This document shows positions 55,530 to 61,928 of a DNA stretch of 64,000 nucleotides, one piece after another. Origin of the DNA: a virus. Under the pieces are notes generated by a model that had not been told where the DNA came from, made no database searches, and was given only the letters and a program-made list of their open reading frames with translations. Positions within the stretch are counted from its first letter, which is position 1. Each line of letters opens with the position of its first letter. The DNA lies in IMG/VR virus record IMGVR_UViG_3300045119_000370, positions 53,743-117,742 of that record; one strand, given 5' to 3'. Made by a program: the position numbers and the translations under genes.

Positions 55530-56129
55530 ATGGCCGACGAGAAGCTGAAGTGGCCTGCCGAGTTCTACGAATCCGGCGAAGCCATGCCCGACAGCGAGGA
55601 TGTCACGGCGCGCTATTCGTCCGACTTCGACAAAAACAATCTCGCGCGCATCCGCGCGATCATGGCACAGCAGCGCGAGATCGAGCCGGTCCTCAAGTAT
55701 TTTGTCGACACTGGTTATCGGGCGATGAACAAGGTGCTGCGCGGCGAGCACCTGCGCAAGCGTGACAACGACTTCGCTCGCGAGCAGATGGTCAAGATCG
55801 ACGAGGCGCTCGCCTCGCCCTACAACCGGACGCCGTCGCCGCTCTTGGTCTATCGCGGCATCACACCCGAGTTCGCGCACAGCCTCATCGACGCGCTCAA
55901 GGCCGACGGCAAGTTCAGCGACGCCGGCTACATCATTGCCTCGACGGTGCCACGCCAGACGCCGTACCAGTTGCAGATCGAGCTACCCGCCGGCACGCCC
56001 TATCTCACGCTCAGCAAGTTCCTGATCAACGAGATCGTCCTGCCGCATGGCGGCCGCTTGCAAGCGGTGGCGCACCACGAGCTACCGCAGACCAAAGTCC
56101 GCATCGTGGCACGCTGGTTAGGCACATGA
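55530..56129 (+). CDS. VIP2/Alt-like ADP-ribosyltransferase-fold protein, possibly degenerate
   Basis: GYRAMNKVLRG, VYRGI, DAGYIIAST, NEIVLP; GAGGT RBS. Confidence 0.7.
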   Translation: MADEKLKWPAEFYESGEAMPDSEDVTARYSSDFDKNNLARIRAIMAQQREIEPVLKYFVDTGYRAMNKVLRGEHLRKRDNDFAREQMVKIDEALASPYNRTPSPLLVYRGITPEFAHSLIDALKADGKFSDAGYIIASTVPRQTPYQLQIELPAGTPYLTLSKFLINEIVLPHGGRLQAVAHHELPQTKVRIVARWLGT

Positions 56130-56449
56130 ACCTCGACACTTTCTGGTGGGGTTGGGCGTTCGGCGTCTTGGTCACGGGCGTCGGCGTGATCCTCGTCATC
56201 GGCTCAAGTGCCATCCGTCATCAGTACGACCGGATGCGACGACGCCGTGATTACACGTTGACCAATTACTCGATCAACTACGCGGATGAGTTCTTCAAAA
56301 AGCTGCACAAACGCGACGAACCGATCAGTTGGTTCGACGGTTTGCCCAACGACGATGAGGTCGACGAGGAATACTTAAAAGCAGGCGATAAACTTTTCGA
56401 GGAGCTAGAGGAGCAGGAGCATGGAAGACCGAGGCCCGAACAAAGGTAA
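56126..56449 (+). CDS. Membrane protein with acidic tail
   Basis: N-terminal TM helix; ATGA overlap. Confidence 0.6.
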   Translation: MNLDTFWWGWAFGVLVTGVGVILVIGSSAIRHQYDRMRRRRDYTLTNYSINYADEFFKKLHKRDEPISWFDGLPNDDEVDEEYLKAGDKLFEELEEQEHGRPRPEQR

Positions 56450-56612
56450 TTGGCAGGGTCAGGGCGTTGTCATCGTTCGTCCCGCCAAAGAGGGTGACCC
56501 AGACTTCGATCCCACGTTGGGAATCGGTGAGCAGGTCATCATCAAGCTCAGCGACGGTAGTGAGCAGACCGTTGCGAGGAAGGAAGTCGAGACCAACCCG
56601 CCGAGCACGTAA
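56421..56612 (+). CDS. Small beta-domain protein, paralogue of the 7.4-8.6 kb proteins
   Basis: WQGQGVVIVRPAKEGDPDFD...EQVIIKLSDGSEQTVARKEV; GAGGAG RBS. Confidence 0.75.
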   Translation: MEDRGPNKGNWQGQGVVIVRPAKEGDPDFDPTLGIGEQVIIKLSDGSEQTVARKEVETNPPST

Positions 56613-59600
56613 ATGGATGACTGGCAGATCGACAATATCCGCTTCCCGCTACGACCGCCGCCATGGGACGGTCGTGGCGTCAGCTTCGACTATCTGAAAG
56701 CCAGTCCCTTCGACGACAGTGCAAGCAGTGTAATCGACACTGCGACGGCCGCCACCGATCAGGACGGCTGGTCCAAGCAGTCGCTGTACTTCGGCAACGG
56801 CGCGGTCCTTACCGACCTCAAGCAGCCACTTACCCTGAGCGAACGGGCGAGCGAAGCCGCCGGCAAGTACGTTTACGAGGTCAAGTTCCAGCCCGGCTAC
56901 ACTGTCAATGTCGACGCCTTGCACAATGGGCAAGGGATCGATTATCGCGGCCGCGCCCGCTATCTGGTTTTCTTGGGCAGGGTCGTCGCACTGCACCCCG
57001 ACGAAGACCTCAAGATCGTCGGACGCACCGTGGTCAAGGTGCTCAAGTACAATCCGCATCACGACGAACGTGGTCGCTTCACTACTGGTGACGGCAGCGG
57101 CGGCACCACGATCTCGTCGGACATCCCGGGGCAGGTCGACGTCGGCGGCGCTGGCCCGTTGTTCTCGGCCATACCCGGGCATCCCTCGATCCTCGACGTC
57201 AAGCCGCAAAAGCCCAAGGTCGTCGACGAGAGCGCTCTGCCGAAAGGTTACACAATTGATCCCGTCGCCGACCCGAAGACTGGTGTCGTCGACTATGCGG
57301 TCATGTACGAGGGCCATGGTGTCATCGGTCAGTTCGATCAGAAGATCAGTGCGGTCGAGTATGCGCACGAGCACGCGGCGACCGCGACGCCGGCCACACC
57401 GCTTGTCACGTCCGTCCCCAATCAGAGCAGCCTGTCGATCAATACGGCACCGGGAGCAGACTGGTTCCACCTTGGTGCCGAGCACCTGCCAGAGGATTAC
57501 ACTGTCGAGCCGGGAGCCGATAACGAGGGCGGCTTTAATGTGCATAACAAGGACGGTCTGTCGGTAACGCATGGGGTCACCGCTGCCGTGGCTGTGGCTA
57601 ACTACTTCAATGGCCACCCGGAGATGGCGCTGCCGGAAGGCTTCACATACGTCCAGTCGCCTTTCTCGCATTCCATTCTCGATACTCACGGTACTGCCGT
57701 GTGGGTGGCGTCGAGCGATCAGAAACCGGCGGACACCATTGAGGACTTCCTCAACAGTTCGAAGGCCCCGGGCATCTTCACGAACACTGGTGGCTCGTTG
57801 GTGCAAACCAAGCCAATGGGTGATCTGGGGTTAGGTCCGACGCCGGCAGGGTTCCAGCTGTCGAGCTACAGCTTGCCGACCGGCTACACTGCCGCGCAGG
57901 ACTCGGCTGGTTCGCAGCTGTGGGGCGTCAAGAACGCCAAGGGTGAGTACGAGACCTTCGGCACCAACGAGAAGGAGGCGGTCAACAACTTCTTCGATTC
58001 GCATCCGCAGTCGGGCATGCCGGACGGCTACACTTGGGTGTCCGGCAACATCCTCAACGCACAAGGCGAGGTGGTCCACTCACAGATCGATCCGGCGCAG
58101 AAGCCGTCGCAGGCTATCGAGGAGTTCCTCAACAGCCCGAAAGCACCGAGCGAGTTTCACATTGGCGACGGCACGGCCGCGATCCACGCCGAGCCTGCCA
58201 TCGCAACATACACTGGCACGTCAGCCCCGGGGACGCCGCAGTACACACTGGCGTCCGGCATGACGGCTGGGCACACGCCATACGGTGAATTGAAGATTGG
58301 CAACTCGGTCTTGCCCGACGTCAAGATCGAGCAGGTCTCGGCCGATGGTGGGTACAAGATCACCAACCAAGACGGTTTCAAGCTCGGTGAAGGCGACACA
58401 GCCGAGCACGCGCTGGACAACTTCATGGCGACGCATCCGTCGCTGGCGTCGACCATTGCGACGGAGTTCGGTTTGCCGGCGGCTACGAGTAAACCCTCGC
58501 CACCGATTGGCGTTGATCACTTGCCGAAGGGCTACAAGGTCGTCGACGACACTGCTGCTGGTGGCAGCGTCAAGGTACAGGATGAGGGCGGCAACAATTT
58601 AGTGCATGGTGACACTCAGGCCGAGGCGCTGCACAATTACTTTACGGCCTACCCGAACACGGCGCTGCCGGACGGCTTCACTACCGATTACAACCCGTTC
58701 AAGCAGTCAGTCACAATCCTCGACGAACATGGCATGACGGTTCACGAGGAGTTCCAACCGGACGGGGATCAGAAGACCTACGACGTCGTCGCCAATTATC
58801 TGGCGGGTAAGCCAAGCACGTTCGATACGAGCGGTAGTCTGCCGCCACCCAAGTTCGTCCCGGGCGAGGAGCATCTGCCGCCCGGCGTATACTTGAATGA
58901 GCATGCCGGCGGCTACTCACCGGTCAAGGTGCTCTCTTCAGGAGGTTCGGTGCTCGGTGCCGGCCAGACCAAGGAAGAGGCACTGCACGAGTATTTTACT
59001 TACCACGCCGGCTCGATGCTGCCGGCCGGCTACAAGGTAGATTTCGATTCCGTCGCCGACGTGCCGATCATCACTGATCCAGCCGGCAACGAGGTGCTGG
59101 AAGGCAAACCCGGTCAGGGCAGCTACGACGCGGTCGTCAGTTATCTCACCGCGAACCCGGGATTGGCGGCCGGCGGGACGCCGTCGGCTACGGCAACGGC
59201 CGCACCGAAGTTTCAGTGGCAACCCGGCATCGGCAATCTGCCCGAGGGCTACAAGGTCGAGCAAGACCCCTCCCCGTTCAAGGGGCAGGAGTTCAAGATC
59301 AAGAACGACTACGGCGAGACCGTCGCGTATGCCAGTACGCAGGACGCCGCACTGCATGAGTATTTCGATCAGCACCCGAACGAGGCGCTGCCGGAAGGAA
59401 TCAATCTCCACAACTATCATTACGGCAACGACGCGGCCACCATCACCGACTCACACGGTGCGACACTGTGGACCGCGCCGGCCGGCGTGTACGGCCTCGA
59501 AGCGGTCACCGCCTACATGTCGCGCGATCAGCCGGTCACTTCGCTTGCCGATCTCCCTGAGAGCTTTTATCTCGGCCCCGGTCGTCCCGGCCTCGAACCG

Positions 59601-61928
59601 CTGGGCGAGGCGGGCCTGCCGCCCGGCTTCAACGTCACGCACGAGCGCGGGGGCGACACTACTGACACCTACGGCGACACTGAGGCTGCGCCGCCGTCGT
59701 CGCACCAAATCACCTCCGATGAGAAGCAGGCGGTCTACGATTACACTGGCGTCGGCAACGCTTCGGTCAACAAGCTCTTGCGCGACGGCATCAAGCCTGA
59801 CAGCCCGGGCACCACCAACAAGCGCATCAAGCTACTCGATCAGATTTTCAGCGACACCTCGACGTCCAAGGACATGATACTGCACCGTGGCATCAGTTCC
59901 AACGCGGTGGCCAGATTGGAGGAGGCGATCAAGCATACTGACGGGCACTTCGTCGACCCCGGCTTCGTCTCGGCCTCGACCAAGGAGCACACTGCCGAAG
60001 GCTGGAAGAGTGGCGACTACGTGACCATCACGGTGCCGAGGGGCAGTAAGGCAATCGACGCCGACCCGATGTCGCAGAACCCCGGTGAGGGCGAGTGGAT
60101 CATGGCTCGCAATCAGCACTTCCAGATCACCGGCAAGGAACCAACTCACAGCGGTCTGAGCTACGGCCACCACACGCACTACTTCGCCAAGCTGGTCAAC
60201 AAGATCACGCCGAAGGACACAAGGCAGCTTGACCTGCCGTTCATCGACCGTGGTCCGGTCAATAAGCAGGACGAGGGAGCCTACGACCCGAACGAGAAAT
60301 TTACTTGGGACGAATCCGGCATCGTGCCGACGCTCCCCGAGGACATCGTCAGTAAGTACAACGAGGTCCACGATCCACACACTGGCGAGTTCGCTAGTGG
60401 ACCCGGCAGTCAGGCTTATATCGAGCGCGCCGCCCGTTTCATGCAGCGGGTAAAGGGCGAGCTTCAGCTGGGCGTCGAGGGCACCAACCCCAACGCAGGG
60501 ATACGGCAAGTCGACCGGACGCCGATCACCACCGACGATTCGCCCGAACTGCCGATGGTCATGCCGCAGACGCCACCGAGCGGGCCGCTGGTCTTTCACG
60601 GCACGTCGCAGGAGGCGCTCGCCTCAATCGAAGCCAATGGTCTGGTGGCGCGTGGTGGTGCCGGCGCGGACCAGTGGGCGCAGGAGCACCCCGAGTATTT
60701 CTCGCCGGGCGGCACCGACCCGGGCGTCGGCTCGGCGATGGTCACCAAGTTCGCCGACAAGCCTGCCAACCTGTTCGTCGCGTCCAATCCCGAGACCGCC
60801 ATCCGTTACGCCGGCTTCGCTGCCAAGCTGACTGGCTCGACCCCGGTGCTCATCCCGGTGCACCTGTCGCAGAACATGGCACGCATGCTCTCTTGGGACG
60901 CCGCCGGCCACGAAGGCGAGATGAAGCTCGACGGTGACGTGCACATTCCCAAGGAGTGGCTGGGCAAGCCTGCGGTGGGCACTGCCGCGATGACCGAGAT
61001 GCTCGCCAACTACTACCGGATGCCCAAGAGCGTGAAGCTGCCGGTGCCGTTCGAGACCGGTACACCGAGCCAGATATTGCCGAACGTCGACGAGCGATCA
61101 GCCCACGACGTCATGGGCAAGGCCGGCGACGTGGTCGTCTATCTCGTGTTTTTCGTCGCCGGCATCGAGAAGTACAATCCGCACCACGACGAGCATGGAC
61201 GGTTCAGTAGTGGCGACGGCGTACCGAGTGGCGACATACCGCTGGCACCGCATCTGCGCGCACAGGCAGAAACCCAAAACAAGAAGGCAAAGAACCTGCT
61301 GTTCATCAGACAGCAAAGCAAAGAGCTTGGCTTCGATCCCGACCGCGTCGACCTCATGTACACGCCGCGCACTTTCGAGTTGAACGGCAAGAAGTACGAT
61401 TATGCCGGCGCTGCCTACCCGAGCGGCGACATCGAACTGTGGCCAGATGAGATGCGCAACGACCAGTTCCAGATGCGACAGGTGCTGGCCCACGAGATCA
61501 TGCACGAGCGCTTCAACGACTTCGTCGCCGAGTATGAAAAGCAGAGCGAGGAGGTCCGGCTGGCTAATCAGGGTCACAACAGCACGTGGGACATGGAAGG
61601 GCATCTGACCCCCGAGTACGCCGCGAAGTGGCCGCTTTTTGCCGAGGTCAATAATCGCAACCTGTTCAGCGGCACCAAGATGGCCGAGGGCGACGGCATC
61701 ACGTCCTACAGTAAGGAGTGGTGGAAGGCGTGGGGTGACAGCAAGGCCAACACGTCGCAGGCGATTACCGAGACACTGGCCGAGATGGCGGCAAGCGCGG
61801 TCAGGGACCACAAGCCCAACAATCAGGTGTTCACATCGGGGGGAGCCAGCACCTACGCGCCGAGCAATGAATGGCTTCGTTTGGCCGAACTGGTCAACGA
61901 GAACTGGGACAGGAAGCACCCGACATGA
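56613..61928 (+). CDS. Effector polyprotein 2 (1771 aa): LPxG repeats + R-S-E ART, HGT-type ART-fold domain, zincin peptidase
   Basis: Three KYN motifs; LHRG / FVSAS / EGE; VFHGTS...I...GL; LAHEIMHE...ETLAE. Confidence 0.85.
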   Translation: MDDWQIDNIRFPLRPPPWDGRGVSFDYLKASPFDDSASSVIDTATAATDQDGWSKQSLYFGNGAVLTDLKQPLTLSERASEAAGKYVYEVKFQPGYTVNVDALHNGQGIDYRGRARYLVFLGRVVALHPDEDLKIVGRTVVKVLKYNPHHDERGRFTTGDGSGGTTISSDIPGQVDVGGAGPLFSAIPGHPSILDVKPQKPKVVDESALPKGYTIDPVADPKTGVVDYAVMYEGHGVIGQFDQKISAVEYAHEHAATATPATPLVTSVPNQSSLSINTAPGADWFHLGAEHLPEDYTVEPGADNEGGFNVHNKDGLSVTHGVTAAVAVANYFNGHPEMALPEGFTYVQSPFSHSILDTHGTAVWVASSDQKPADTIEDFLNSSKAPGIFTNTGGSLVQTKPMGDLGLGPTPAGFQLSSYSLPTGYTAAQDSAGSQLWGVKNAKGEYETFGTNEKEAVNNFFDSHPQSGMPDGYTWVSGNILNAQGEVVHSQIDPAQKPSQAIEEFLNSPKAPSEFHIGDGTAAIHAEPAIATYTGTSAPGTPQYTLASGMTAGHTPYGELKIGNSVLPDVKIEQVSADGGYKITNQDGFKLGEGDTAEHALDNFMATHPSLASTIATEFGLPAATSKPSPPIGVDHLPKGYKVVDDTAAGGSVKVQDEGGNNLVHGDTQAEALHNYFTAYPNTALPDGFTTDYNPFKQSVTILDEHGMTVHEEFQPDGDQKTYDVVANYLAGKPSTFDTSGSLPPPKFVPGEEHLPPGVYLNEHAGGYSPVKVLSSGGSVLGAGQTKEEALHEYFTYHAGSMLPAGYKVDFDSVADVPIITDPAGNEVLEGKPGQGSYDAVVSYLTANPGLAAGGTPSATATAAPKFQWQPGIGNLPEGYKVEQDPSPFKGQEFKIKNDYGETVAYASTQDAALHEYFDQHPNEALPEGINLHNYHYGNDAATITDSHGATLWTAPAGVYGLEAVTAYMSRDQPVTSLADLPESFYLGPGRPGLEPLGEAGLPPGFNVTHERGGDTTDTYGDTEAAPPSSHQITSDEKQAVYDYTGVGNASVNKLLRDGIKPDSPGTTNKRIKLLDQIFSDTSTSKDMILHRGISSNAVARLEEAIKHTDGHFVDPGFVSASTKEHTAEGWKSGDYVTITVPRGSKAIDADPMSQNPGEGEWIMARNQHFQITGKEPTHSGLSYGHHTHYFAKLVNKITPKDTRQLDLPFIDRGPVNKQDEGAYDPNEKFTWDESGIVPTLPEDIVSKYNEVHDPHTGEFASGPGSQAYIERAARFMQRVKGELQLGVEGTNPNAGIRQVDRTPITTDDSPELPMVMPQTPPSGPLVFHGTSQEALASIEANGLVARGGAGADQWAQEHPEYFSPGGTDPGVGSAMVTKFADKPANLFVASNPETAIRYAGFAAKLTGSTPVLIPVHLSQNMARMLSWDAAGHEGEMKLDGDVHIPKEWLGKPAVGTAAMTEMLANYYRMPKSVKLPVPFETGTPSQILPNVDERSAHDVMGKAGDVVVYLVFFVAGIEKYNPHHDEHGRFSSGDGVPSGDIPLAPHLRAQAETQNKKAKNLLFIRQQSKELGFDPDRVDLMYTPRTFELNGKKYDYAGAAYPSGDIELWPDEMRNDQFQMRQVLAHEIMHERFNDFVAEYEKQSEEVRLANQGHNSTWDMEGHLTPEYAAKWPLFAEVNNRNLFSGTKMAEGDGITSYSKEWWKAWGDSKANTSQAITETLAEMAASAVRDHKPNNQVFTSGGASTYAPSNEWLRLAELVNENWDRKHPT
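57237..59630 (+). repeat. Degenerate ~45-60 aa LPxG(Y/F) protein repeats, about 14 units
   Basis: LPKGY, LPEDY, LPEGF, LPTGY, MPDGY, LPDVK, LPKGY, LPDGF, LPPGV, LPAGY, LPEGY, LPEGI, LPESF, LPPGF. Confidence 0.8.
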
